This document shows, in pieces, positions 16,690-25,705 of a stretch of 57,440 nucleotides of DNA. Each line of letters opens with the position of its first letter. The first letter of the stretch is position 1. The position numbers were made by a program, and so were the translations under genes. Under the pieces are notes generated by a model. It searched no databases. It was not told the DNA's origin and worked only from the letters and a program-made list of their open reading frames with translations. The stretch covers positions 1-57,440 of the forward strand of contig JAGBYM010000025.1 of assembly GCA_017628755.1 (NCBI GenBank), written 5' to 3'. The stretch is from Clostridia bacterium. GTDB taxonomy: Bacteria; Bacillota; Clostridia; Oscillospirales; CAG-272.

Positions 16690-17436
16690 TTATTTATCTT
16701 CTGTTTTATTTTTCATCATTAAAACGTCCGCCGTGGTCCTTCCGAAAACCTGACTTCCCAAACGAACGATCGTTGCGCCAGCCGCGATCGCGGGGCGGTA
16801 GCTTGCGCTCATGCCCATCGAAAAGATAGGCTCGCCGTCAAAATGAAGCGTATTTTTCCAGATATCGACCGACAGATCGTATGTTTCCTTGAAATAGCCG
16901 TAATATTCAGCCTCGGACGCGCATATCGGCGCCATCGTCATAAATCCGCAGAGTTTAACGTGCGGATAATTTCCGAGTTCCTCGCAGAATGCGCGGAGAT
17001 TCTCGGGGAGCACACCGCTCTTTGATTCCTCCCTGCCGATATTGACCTCGGCAAGAACGCGGATCTCGATGCCCCGCTTCGCCGCCTGACGCTCAAGCTC
17101 CTCGGCAAGGCCGATAGATTCAAGCGAATGGATCAGCGAGACTTTATCTATTATTGACTTTACTTTGTTTCTTTGCAGGTGGCCGATGAAGTGGATCTCG
17201 ACCTTGTTTTTCATACCCTCGTAATGCTCGATGAGAGTATCTGTTCTGTTTTCGCCTATGACCTTCAGCCCGCGGTGCTCGCAAAGCGCATCGAGCTCGG
17301 CGCAATCGGCGTATTTGGCGGCGACAACGAGCTCGACGCCCGCGCCATCTCTGCCCGAATCTTTTTCAGCCGAGCGGATACCCTCGATTGCGGCATCGTA
17401 ACGCGCGAGAAGATCTGTATATTTATTGTTTTCCAT
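16690..17436 (-). CDS. ylmE: YggS/YlmE family pyridoxal-phosphate homeostasis protein
   Basis: VELVVAAKY (PLP lysine region), IHFIGHLQRNKVK, TMAP, LSMGMS. 248 aa. Synteny with sepF. Confidence 0.85.
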   Translation of the reverse strand: MENNKYTDLLARYDAAIEGIRSAEKDSGRDGAGVELVVAAKYADCAELDALCEHRGLKVIGENRTDTLIEHYEGMKNKVEIHFIGHLQRNKVKSIIDKVSLIHSLESIGLAEELERQAAKRGIEIRVLAEVNIGREESKSGVLPENLRAFCEELGNYPHVKLCGFMTMAPICASEAEYYGYFKETYDLSVDIWKNTLHFDGEPIFSMGMSASYRPAIAAGATIVRLGSQVFGRTTADVLMMKNKTEDK

Positions 17437-18959
17437 CAGTCAAGTGCCTTTCCGTGATAGAGATCCTTACCCGTGAGTATGATCTGTTCAAGGTCGTCAA
17501 GGTGGTAAAAATACCTCAGCGTATCGCCTTTAGGAACGGGTATACCGCCGTTATCGTAGATCTTTTTCTCCCATCCGCGCTCTTCGGCAAACGCATGGAG
17601 AGATTCATAATCGCCGAGCTTGCCGTCCTCATCAAAGCCGAGGCAGGTGTAGGTCAAGGGTTTACCGGGTTCAGCAACCGAATAATCCGCCGCAATGACG
17701 TAGCCGTTGCCCTCGTAGATCACGTCGATCTGTCTGAACATGACGTAACCGCCCGCGAGGGTGTAAACTCCCGTCATATCCTCGTAATAGCGCAGAGCGC
17801 TGATCGGAATTCGGTAGCCGCTGTACTGCGCAAGCTCAACGCTGATATCCTGGATGCGAAGATAGGAAAAGTCGCGCGGCATCTCCTTTGAGGTAAAGAT
17901 CAGAAGTGCCTCTGCGCGGTCGCCGTCGCTGTCATGATCGTCAAGGTCGAGAACAAGTCTGTCGAGCGTCATTTCGAGGCGGCGCGCACCGTTATCATTG
18001 AAAATAATATTGTATTTTTTGCCCTCGGCAAATCCTTCTGCGGCATCCGATTCAAGCGGTACGCAGAGATACCATCTCGGGTCAGAGATCATCTTGCCGA
18101 CAGCATCCGAAACGTCAGCGGGCTCTGTATTAACAAGCTCCGCAAACGAGCCGACCGTCATCTCACCGAGAAGATCGGGAGTGAAGATATTTTCGTATCC
18201 GTCGCAGTTGCGGAAGAAGTAGCCGACGCTCTTTGACTTAACAGTCGCCGTCTTCTTGCCGTAAGCCGCGATCAGCGAGCTTCGCTCTCCCTTGAGGATC
18301 GCGAGACGCGCCTGCGCCTCGTCGGCACCCTTCTCGAGCACCTCAATTCTCTGCAGGGAAGCAAGAAAACTGTCCGAAAGTGCCGCGGCGGAGCTGTAAT
18401 CGCCGTGCGCGATCAGGCTCATTATCTCGGCGTAATTTTCCTTCGACTCGGCAAGAGCCTCGGGGAGTCCCGTCTGGATAACACCCGTACCGAGGCTTGA
18501 CTCGATAAGAGCGATCTCACGGTCGATCTCTGCGATGCGCGTGCGCACATCATCCGAAACAGCCGAATAAATATCGCAAAGTTCCTCGTCAATTCCGACT
18601 CTTGCGCCGTCGGGCTTTTTGTAGTCGGGAGTTCCGGAAGAATGCGTCAGCACGTCAGCGTCGCTTCGGAAGATATAACCCGTAGCGCGGCGGTACTCGC
18701 TTTCTGTAATATCATATGCGGGAGCGGTGGTTACGTCCGACGTCAGGCTACGGACAAAATGGTATCCGAAATAAAATACCAGACCGACCGAAGCAAGCGC
18801 CACCGCCGCCGCTAAAAGTGCCGAGAAAAGATAATTCAGGTCGAACCCGAGCCTTTTCTTCCCCGCGTCTTTTCGCTTGCCGTCGGTTTTATTGAATTTT
18901 TGAATATCCGACCTGTGCTGAGACGCGATCAGGCTTTTATCTTTCTCGTTTTTTTTCAT
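17436..18959 (-). CDS. Membrane-anchored protein with coiled coil and beta-rich C-terminal part (HlyD/membrane-fusion-protein-like); function unknown
   Basis: Lys-rich cytoplasmic N-terminus, one TM (LFSALLAAAVALASVGLVFYFGY), a central helical segment, and a C-terminal beta-rich region. The family call rests on overall layout only. Confidence 0.4.
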   Translation of the reverse strand: MKKNEKDKSLIASQHRSDIQKFNKTDGKRKDAGKKRLGFDLNYLFSALLAAAVALASVGLVFYFGYHFVRSLTSDVTTAPAYDITESEYRRATGYIFRSDADVLTHSSGTPDYKKPDGARVGIDEELCDIYSAVSDDVRTRIAEIDREIALIESSLGTGVIQTGLPEALAESKENYAEIMSLIAHGDYSSAAALSDSFLASLQRIEVLEKGADEAQARLAILKGERSSLIAAYGKKTATVKSKSVGYFFRNCDGYENIFTPDLLGEMTVGSFAELVNTEPADVSDAVGKMISDPRWYLCVPLESDAAEGFAEGKKYNIIFNDNGARRLEMTLDRLVLDLDDHDSDGDRAEALLIFTSKEMPRDFSYLRIQDISVELAQYSGYRIPISALRYYEDMTGVYTLAGGYVMFRQIDVIYEGNGYVIAADYSVAEPGKPLTYTCLGFDEDGKLGDYESLHAFAEERGWEKKIYDNGGIPVPKGDTLRYFYHLDDLEQIILTGKDLYHGKALD

Positions 18960-18974
18960 AAACTGTTTTTTACT

Positions 18975-19910
18975 TTAGTTCTCAAGCCATCCGCGGACTT
19001 TCTCGCAAAGGCTTTCTGTGGGGTCGGCAAACTCGCGTCCGAGCCCGACCGTTTCTATATAATTCTTTGCCGAAAACCACGTGACCTGCCTTTTGGCGTA
19101 CTGACGGGTTGCGATGCAAAGTCTTTCGCGCGCCTCGGGGAGAGTCATTTCTCCGCGCACGCATCCGAGCATTTCCTTGTATCCTATCGCCTGCGCGGCT
19201 GTAGGATTCTTATCGAAAATACCCATCGAGAGCAGTTTTTCGGTCTCATCGAGCAGACCCGACGCGATCATGGCGTCGCACCGCTTCTCGATCCTTTCGT
19301 AACGCTCTGCCATATCGGTACGGCGGAGCTCGAAGGCGAGGAAATCATATCTCGCGGGCGTGGGAATGAGGTCTATCTCGCTTTTTTTCTTGCCCGTGGT
19401 CTCGTAAATTTCAAGCGCGCGGATCACTCGTCGGACATTATTCTCATGTATCTTTTCCGCGCTTTCGGGGTCGACCTCACGAAGTCTCTCGTGAAGCGCG
19501 TGTGCGCCGAGCTCTTCAGCCTCGCGGCAGAGTCTTTCGCGAACCTCGCTCTTGCCCGAGCTTTCGTCAAAGGGACGCTCGAAAAGCAGGCTGTCAAGGT
19601 AGAGTCCCGTTCCGCCGCAGACTATTGGAAGCTTACCGCGGGAGAGAATATCCCCGATCGCCTTTTCCGCGTCGGCGCAATAATCGGCGCAGGAATAGGA
19701 GCGGAAGGGGTCGATGAAGTCGAAAAGATGATGCGGAACGCGCGCCTGCTCCTCGGGAGTCGGCTTGGCGGTTCCGATATCCATCACGCGGTAGATCTGC
19801 ATCGAGTCACAGCACACGATCTCGCCGCCGAGTCTCTCGGCAAGTCTGATCGCAAGCTCGGTTTTGCCCGACGCAGTGTGTCCGACAACGGCAATTATCT
19901 TCGGCTTCAT
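18975..19910 (-). CDS. miaA: tRNA dimethylallyltransferase (i6A37)
   Basis: P-loop VVGHTASGKTELAI, then CCDSMQIYRVMDIGTAKPT. 311 aa. Confidence 0.93.
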   Translation of the reverse strand: MKPKIIAVVGHTASGKTELAIRLAERLGGEIVCCDSMQIYRVMDIGTAKPTPEEQARVPHHLFDFIDPFRSYSCADYCADAEKAIGDILSRGKLPIVCGGTGLYLDSLLFERPFDESSGKSEVRERLCREAEELGAHALHERLREVDPESAEKIHENNVRRVIRALEIYETTGKKKSEIDLIPTPARYDFLAFELRRTDMAERYERIEKRCDAMIASGLLDETEKLLSMGIFDKNPTAAQAIGYKEMLGCVRGEMTLPEARERLCIATRQYAKRQVTWFSAKNYIETVGLGREFADPTESLCEKVRGWLEN

Positions 19911-20911
19911 TTTCTGCCTATCGGCATATTTGCCGCGACTGTGAAATCGTCGGGATAGAGACGCGCTCTGGAGCCGAATTTTTTCTTCGGCGAGGAAACG
20001 AGCTCGATCGGAACGTAGGGTCCGTAAGGCTCCTCAAAATACGCATATCCTTCCGCAAACTTCTCGCCATTCTCCGATGCATCGGGGATGAGCGAATAGT
20101 AGGGCTCGCCGAAGGTGCAGGCAACTCCGAGCTCAAGCGGAATGCCTCGCCACCACCAGGAGACCACACCGCTCTCCTCGCGGCAGATCTGTCCGAAGAA
20201 GCCACCCGTAAGGGCTGTCAGCGACCTCAGAAGGCGTCGGAGCGCGAATTTCCATTCCTCGGTCTCATAAAGCTCATCGGGCATACGGATCGAGAGGCGG
20301 TTAACGCGAAGATCTTCGCGCTTCGCATCGGTGCGCTCGCAATCGTTTATGTGAACGTGAGTCACGGGCTTACGGGCATACCAGACGGGGGCGGGAGTGT
20401 TCTTCAGAAATTCGATGAACTCTGCGCGGTCGGTGTATTCGCGATCTGGCGGAGTCTGCTCTCCGAATCGTGACGGAAGCGCAAAAGGCATTTCTCTTTC
20501 AAAGAGCGCAATTATATCCTCAAAAAGCGAGGAAAAGCTCTTATCATTATCAAACCAGACCGAAAGCGTAAGCATCGGTGTATACTCGTTGAGCACGGGC
20601 GGGATCAGCTTTTCTGTACAAAAAACGGTTTCCATACCTGTCTCTTCAAGCGCACCTTCGAGCTCTTCAGCCGTCTTCTTTGCAAATTTGCGCGCGTAGA
20701 TCACCGAGTTCTCACCCTCGTATTCCGCAAGACGAAAATGCACGAACGAGGTGATACCGCCGACTGAAAGCAGAATGTCCGCGGGAATCTCGCCCATTTC
20801 AGCTTCTCTCTTCTCGATCAGTTCAAGCTTGCAGTCGCTGATCTTCGGCAGTCTCCAGTCATCGTCGGGAGCGATCCGCGACCAGATCTTATAATCTATA
20901 GTTTGGTTCAT
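19907..20911 (-). CDS. Hypothetical cytoplasmic protein (334 aa), translationally coupled between queA and miaA
   Basis: The track ORF 19907-20989 is trimmed to the ATG at 20911 (MNQTIDYKIW...). That start lies 4 nt after the queA stop (20916-20918). Its stop overlaps the miaA start (ATGA at 19907-19910). I recognise no family motif. Confidence 0.6.
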   Translation of the reverse strand: MNQTIDYKIWSRIAPDDDWRLPKISDCKLELIEKREAEMGEIPADILLSVGGITSFVHFRLAEYEGENSVIYARKFAKKTAEELEGALEETGMETVFCTEKLIPPVLNEYTPMLTLSVWFDNDKSFSSLFEDIIALFEREMPFALPSRFGEQTPPDREYTDRAEFIEFLKNTPAPVWYARKPVTHVHINDCERTDAKREDLRVNRLSIRMPDELYETEEWKFALRRLLRSLTALTGGFFGQICREESGVVSWWWRGIPLELGVACTFGEPYYSLIPDASENGEKFAEGYAYFEEPYGPYVPIELVSSPKKKFGSRARLYPDDFTVAANMPIGRK

Positions 20912-20915
20912 TTTA

Positions 20916-22016
20916 TCACTCAATAAACATCGCATCGCCGAATGAGAAGAATCTGTATTTCTCGCGGACGGCGGTATTGTAGACCTCAAGCATCTTTTCT
21001 CTTTCGTAGAAAGCAGAAACGAGCATCAGCAGGGTGGACTTGGGAAGGTGGAAATTGGTTATCAGCGCATCGGTCGCCTTGAAGCGGTAGCCGGGGTAGA
21101 TGAAGATTCCCGTGTCTCCGCTTATGGGATGAACGATGCCCTGCTCGTCCGAAACGCTTTCAAGCGTACGGCAGGAGGTCGTTCCGACGCAGACGGTTCT
21201 TCCGCCCGCGGCGCGGCGGCTGTTGATGATATCCGCGCTCTCCTTTGAGACCGAGATATATTCGGTGTGCATAACGTGCTCGCCGATGTTCTCCTCCTTG
21301 ACGGGACGGAAGGTTCCGAGTCCAACGTGGAGCATGACGGGCACAACAGCTACGCCCTTGGCTTTGATCTTTTCAAGAAGCTCGGGGGTGAAGTGCAGAC
21401 CCGCTGTCGGCGCGGCGGCAGAACCCTCGCGCTTAGCATATACTGTCTGGTAGCGGGACTTATCCTCAAGCCTTGCCGTGATGTACGGGGGCAGTGGCAT
21501 AACGCCTACTTCTGAGAGCATGTCGTACACGTTCGCGTAACAACTTTTGTCGTATTCAAGTCTGACCAGACGGTTGCCTTCCTCAACGATATCCTCAACA
21601 GTTGCAACGAGTGCGCCACCGCCGAAGACCATCTTCATTCCGATTCTGGCGCGTTTTCCGGGTTTTACGAGAGTCTCCCAGAGATCGTCGCCGCGCTGAC
21701 GGAGCAGAAGAAGCTCGACCATTGCTTCCTCTCTGCCATCGGCATGTCCGTAAAGACGCGCGGGAATAACCTTTGAATCGTTGACAACGAGGGTGTCACC
21801 CTCGCGCAGATGATCAATTATATCGTAAAAATGCTTGTGCGTAAGAGAGCCGCTCTCTCTGTCAACGCAGAGCAGACGCGAGGAATCGCGGGGCTCAGCG
21901 GGGTGCTGTGCGATCTGCTCTTCGGGCAGAAAATAGTCAAAATCCGACGTGCAAAGCTCTGTTTCAGGCTTTGCGTTTATAATAATATCACTCATTTTAA
22001 ATCTCACATTAAACAT
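20916..22016 (-). CDS. queA: S-adenosylmethionine:tRNA ribosyltransferase-isomerase
   Basis: SDFDYFLPEEQIAQHP near the N-terminus, then VGTTSCRTLES. The start could be the ATG at 22016 or at 21995 (MSDII...). Confidence 0.92.
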   Translation of the reverse strand: MFNVRFKMSDIIINAKPETELCTSDFDYFLPEEQIAQHPAEPRDSSRLLCVDRESGSLTHKHFYDIIDHLREGDTLVVNDSKVIPARLYGHADGREEAMVELLLLRQRGDDLWETLVKPGKRARIGMKMVFGGGALVATVEDIVEEGNRLVRLEYDKSCYANVYDMLSEVGVMPLPPYITARLEDKSRYQTVYAKREGSAAAPTAGLHFTPELLEKIKAKGVAVVPVMLHVGLGTFRPVKEENIGEHVMHTEYISVSKESADIINSRRAAGGRTVCVGTTSCRTLESVSDEQGIVHPISGDTGIFIYPGYRFKATDALITNFHLPKSTLLMLVSAFYEREKMLEVYNTAVREKYRFFSFGDAMFIE

Positions 22017-22089
22017 AATTAGCCTATTATATATATTATATAATAAATTCGCAAAAAAAGCAATAACTATTTTGAGAAAGGAGAGAATT

Positions 22090-22998
22090 TTGAGTAAATT
22101 TTCTTTGTTTTTCGGCGCGGGAACGGCACTCCCGACGCCATTTGAGCAAAGCGGCGAGCTCGACCTTGAATCCTACCGCAAGCTTCTGCGTTTTCAGCTC
22201 GATTCGGGTATCGACGCGCTTCTCGTCTGCGGCACCACGGGTGAGGCACCGACGCTCTCGGACGATGAGGCGACAACCCTCCTTTGCGAGACGGTAAGAA
22301 CGGCGCAAAGATGCGTTCCCGTCATTATGGGAGTCGGATCAAACTGCACCGCGCACGCAGCCGAAAAGGCACGTCAGGCAGAAAAAAACGGCGCCGATGC
22401 TCTGCTTGCCGTCACGCCGTATTATAACAAATGCACCCCCGAGGGGCTTGTCCGACACTACCGTGAAATTGCCTCGGCAACCTCTCTTCCCATCATCGCA
22501 TACACCGTTCCCTCGCGCACGGGAATGACGATCCCGCCGAGCATTTGGGGCGAGCTTTTCGCCATTCCAAACATGATCGGCATCAAGGACGCGACTGGGG
22601 ACATCGCCTACGGAGCGCAATTTTTGTCTCATTTCGGGAGTGAGATCTGCCTCTGGTCAGGCAACGATAACGCCACTCTTCCCCTGCTTTCGCTCGGTTC
22701 TGAGGGTGTAATTTCAGTGCTTTCAAACATAAAACCGAAGGAGACTTCAAGGCTCTGCCACGCCTTCGCCGAGGGCAAAATAGGCGAAGCGCAAGCCCTC
22801 GCAAACGCGCTTTTACCCCTCTCCGACGCCCTCTTCTGCGAGGTAAATCCCATCCCCGTCAAAGCCGCGCTGTCGATAATGGGACTTTGCAAACCCTATT
22901 GCAGAATGCCGCTGACGACGGCGAGTGAAAGTACGTTCAAAAAGCTTGAAAGATTGCTAATCTCGCTTCGCTCGAATGATAATCTGCCTTCGGCATAA
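22090..22998 (+). CDS. dapA: 4-hydroxy-tetrahydrodipicolinate synthase
   Basis: TTG at 22090 is preceded by AAAGGAGAG. GAGTALPTPF, CGTTGE, PYYNK and IIGIKDATGD motifs. The last ~13 codons and the stop lie inside repeat copy B. Confidence 0.9.
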   Translation: MSKFSLFFGAGTALPTPFEQSGELDLESYRKLLRFQLDSGIDALLVCGTTGEAPTLSDDEATTLLCETVRTAQRCVPVIMGVGSNCTAHAAEKARQAEKNGADALLAVTPYYNKCTPEGLVRHYREIASATSLPIIAYTVPSRTGMTIPPSIWGELFAIPNMIGIKDATGDIAYGAQFLSHFGSEICLWSGNDNATLPLLSLGSEGVISVLSNIKPKETSRLCHAFAEGKIGEAQALANALLPLSDALFCEVNPIPVKAALSIMGLCKPYCRMPLTTASESTFKKLERLLISLRSNDNLPSA

Positions 22999-23050
22999 TG
23001 ATCGTCGGCTACGCCGAATGATAATTTGCCTGCGGCAAAATGAAAGGTAA
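22961..23050 (+). repeat. Mini-hairpin array, copy B
   Basis: Units TGCC-TTC-GGCA, TCGGC-TAC-GCCGA and TTTGCC-TGC-GGCAAA with AATGAT(A/C) spacers. Ends AAATGAAAGGTAAC, directly before the terminator at 23052. Confidence 0.8.
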
Positions 23051-23051
23051 C

Positions 23052-23079
23052 AAAAAATCGGGGATATCCCCGATTTTTT
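23052..23079. terminator. Bidirectional Rho-independent terminator
   Basis: AAAAAATCGGGG-ATAT-CCCCGATTTTTT. Confidence 0.85.
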
Positions 23080-23091
23080 GTTTTATTTTTA

Positions 23092-24327
23092 TCAATTTAC
23101 GCCCTTGAATTTTGCGAATTCGGTTGCGATGAACTGCTCCATAAAGGGAAGGACATACTTCATACCCTCTGCATTGAGGTGGCTGACGTCGTTCGGCTCC
23201 TGGCAGTATTTCATGCGGAATCTCACATCATCCATATCAAATCCGACAACATCGGGATCCGCGGCATAAAGGCATACGATCCTCTTATCGTTGCGGTATT
23301 CCGCAAGGTCGCGCATTGCGTTTGCGTAATCAACGTTTGAAAGTCCGGTTGCCGCGACCTTACCCGTGTGGTGCCAGGGGGTTACAAGGATGATCAGTGC
23401 GTTCGGATAGGTCTTGAGCATACTGTCAAGCATAATGTTGATGCTTCCCATAAAGGTCTTTGAATCTCTCGACTCAAAATCTCCTATCGGTACTTCCTTT
23501 GTGCGGTCGTTTCTGCCGCCTTCAAGAAGGATAATATCCGCATCTCCCTTTGCCATAGCCTTATAGCGAACGACCATAGGATTGTTGGTCGTCACGTAAT
23601 CCGACATGGTGCTTCCGCCGATGCCGTAGTTGACGAAATTCATTCCGTACTTACCGCCAAGCAGATTGACCCAAGTACCCTCCTTGCCGAGAGAAGAGCC
23701 GCCGAAGTAGCTGTCACCCATAGCGTACATGGTGATGCCCATAAGAAGATTTTTGAAATCCTCCTGAGATTTGAGAACGGAATAATCATTATCTACGGTA
23801 AGCTCGGAAGTACCTTCGCATTCTGTAACGTATTTGGTAAATTCCTCAACAGCCAAGCCCGTCAGATAATCGGTAGTGCCGACGATAACAAGCTTATTTC
23901 CGACAACGCGGACAGCATACTCGCCCGGCTGAAGCGTTGCGAGAACATCCATGCTTTCACGTCTGTTCGTGTCACCGATAAGTATCTCGAGTTCAGCAGA
24001 GTCATATGCCTCTCCGTCATTAAGACCCTTTACCCAGTCATCCTTGGGTGTGATGTTGACTCCGTATTTGTCTTTGACGGCCGCGCGCAACTCGGACATA
24101 GCGTCAACGATAAAGCTTTGGCATTCCGAGGGACGTACAATAACGTATTCTGTTGCCCCCTCGGATATGAGAAGGAGTCCTGAAGGTACGGGCGCGGTAG
24201 TTTCCTCAAGCGTGGTTTCTGCGGGGACTTCAGCCTCCGTGGTTTCCTCGGGCGTTGTTTCGTTACAAGCCAAAGCCATCGGAAGAAGCATAAGGAGAGC
24301 TAAAAATAAAGCTGTAATCTTTTTCAT
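23092..24327 (-). CDS. SGNH/GDSL-family hydrolase lipoprotein
   Basis: Start moved to the ATG at 24327, 9 nt after AAAGGA. Lipobox LPMALAC. Thr/Glu-rich linker. Block I motif YAMGDSYFGG. 411 aa. Confidence 0.8.
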   Translation of the reverse strand: MKKITALFLALLMLLPMALACNETTPEETTEAEVPAETTLEETTAPVPSGLLLISEGATEYVIVRPSECQSFIVDAMSELRAAVKDKYGVNITPKDDWVKGLNDGEAYDSAELEILIGDTNRRESMDVLATLQPGEYAVRVVGNKLVIVGTTDYLTGLAVEEFTKYVTECEGTSELTVDNDYSVLKSQEDFKNLLMGITMYAMGDSYFGGSSLGKEGTWVNLLGGKYGMNFVNYGIGGSTMSDYVTTNNPMVVRYKAMAKGDADIILLEGGRNDRTKEVPIGDFESRDSKTFMGSINIMLDSMLKTYPNALIILVTPWHHTGKVAATGLSNVDYANAMRDLAEYRNDKRIVCLYAADPDVVGFDMDDVRFRMKYCQEPNDVSHLNAEGMKYVLPFMEQFIATEFAKFKGVN

Positions 24328-24341
24328 GGTCATTAGTCCTT

Positions 24342-24908
24342 TCATTTATTCTCATCAAGTCTTGCCTTGATTGCCTTCATATCGTTCAGCATATCTTCTT
24401 TCCTTCTCGGATCGCGGAGGAGTGCCGCGGGGTGGAATACGGCGGTCATGGCGAAATCACCCTTCTCTACCCAGGTTCCGTGCTCCTGCGTGATCTTATA
24501 ATCGGGCTTGATAAGTCTCATTGCCGCGATTCTGCCAAGGCAGACGATCACCTTCGGGCGCACGAGTCTGACCTGCTCGCGCAGAAAATCTATACACGCG
24601 TCCTCCTCTGCGGGAAGGGGATCACGGTTTTTGGGAGGACGGCATTTGAGAATGTTCGCAATGTACACGTCCTCGCGCTTGATGTCAACGGCGTAAAGGA
24701 AGCGGTCAAGAAGCTGACCCGCGCGGCCGACAAAGGGAGTTCCCGAAAGATCCTCCTGCTCGCCCGGCGCTTCGCCCACGAACATGAGATCGGCATTTCT
24801 GTTACCCACGCCGAAAACGCAATTCGTTCTCGTTTCGCAAAGCGGGCATTTATTACACTCGCGGCACTTCGCCTCAAGCGCTTCCCATCTTGCATCTATA
24901 TTATCCAT
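24342..24908 (-). CDS. Family 4 uracil-DNA glycosylase (Fe-S type)
   Basis: [10 protein letters not shown]...C Cys cluster, [29 protein letters not shown]. 188 aa. Confidence 0.88.
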   Translation of the reverse strand: MDNIDARWEALEAKCRECNKCPLCETRTNCVFGVGNRNADLMFVGEAPGEQEDLSGTPFVGRAGQLLDRFLYAVDIKREDVYIANILKCRPPKNRDPLPAEEDACIDFLREQVRLVRPKVIVCLGRIAAMRLIKPDYKITQEHGTWVEKGDFAMTAVFHPAALLRDPRRKEDMLNDMKAIKARLDENK

Positions 24909-24973
24909 AACTGAAACCTCCGGTGATTCATATAAATAATTATATCAATCATTACGGAGGTTGTCAAGCTTTT

Positions 24974-25519
24974 TCAGCAAAATTTCGCAAGAGACTCCAC
25001 GGCATTTTCTAAAAAAATCGCGCGCGCGTGTTCTTTTATGTATCCTTCGATATTTTCGCAGTCGCGTCGGTATCCGAATTCGGATATCACAGCCGCGCCG
25101 AGCGGCAAGGGTTCATCGCGGTCAAATTCGGGCAGGATCAGGGCATAGGCGCCCTTGCCGATCTCGTAAGCCGAGCTTCCGTCACCGTATCCGCGACCGC
25201 GGAGTATCCGGCAAAGCCTGCTCATACTCCCGATGCTGTCAAAAATGCAGACAGAAGCGTCGCTTTCGCGTTCTTTGCCGCTATCAAGCGCAACACGTGT
25301 GATGAACATCTCGCATCCTCCTCCCCTTGACGGAAACACCTGAACGAGCAGGCGCCCCGAGTCGATATCGAATCCGCAGTCGAGATGCGCCCTCTCGAGC
25401 ACGGGCTTGAAGCCGCGCCGCAGAGCACTCGCACCGTCGCATTCTATATTGTATTCCTTCATATCCTCGGCGCTCAGCATAATCTTGAGCTTCGAGTTGC
25501 TGATAAGTATAAGTTCCAT
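24974..25519 (-). CDS. MecA-like adaptor protein (tentative)
   Basis: The N-terminus MELILISNSKLKIMLSAEDMKEYNI resembles the MecA N-terminal domain pattern. 181 aa. No stronger motif seen. Confidence 0.4.
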   Translation of the reverse strand: MELILISNSKLKIMLSAEDMKEYNIECDGASALRRGFKPVLERAHLDCGFDIDSGRLLVQVFPSRGGGCEMFITRVALDSGKERESDASVCIFDSIGSMSRLCRILRGRGYGDGSSAYEIGKGAYALILPEFDRDEPLPLGAAVISEFGYRRDCENIEGYIKEHARAIFLENAVESLAKFC

Positions 25520-25705
25520 TTTAACCTCACAATTATTCGTTACACTATAATTATAATCTATTTCGACCGAAAATGTAACCCCTAAAATCGTGGAAGCAGG
25601 GTCAAAAAAAGGAACTGTTCACATAAAAATCAAAAAAAGCATTTGCAACGTTAGTAATTATATGATAAAATAACTGCGCAAAAATAAATTGGAGGATATT
25701 TAATT

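Noticed and set aside
21949-22089. 47-codon N-terminal extension of dapA in the track ORF (start 21949).
   Set aside because: The extension overlaps the queA 5' end and the divergent promoter region. The TTG at 22090 has a good RBS (AAAGGAGAG) and gives a protein of canonical DapA length.
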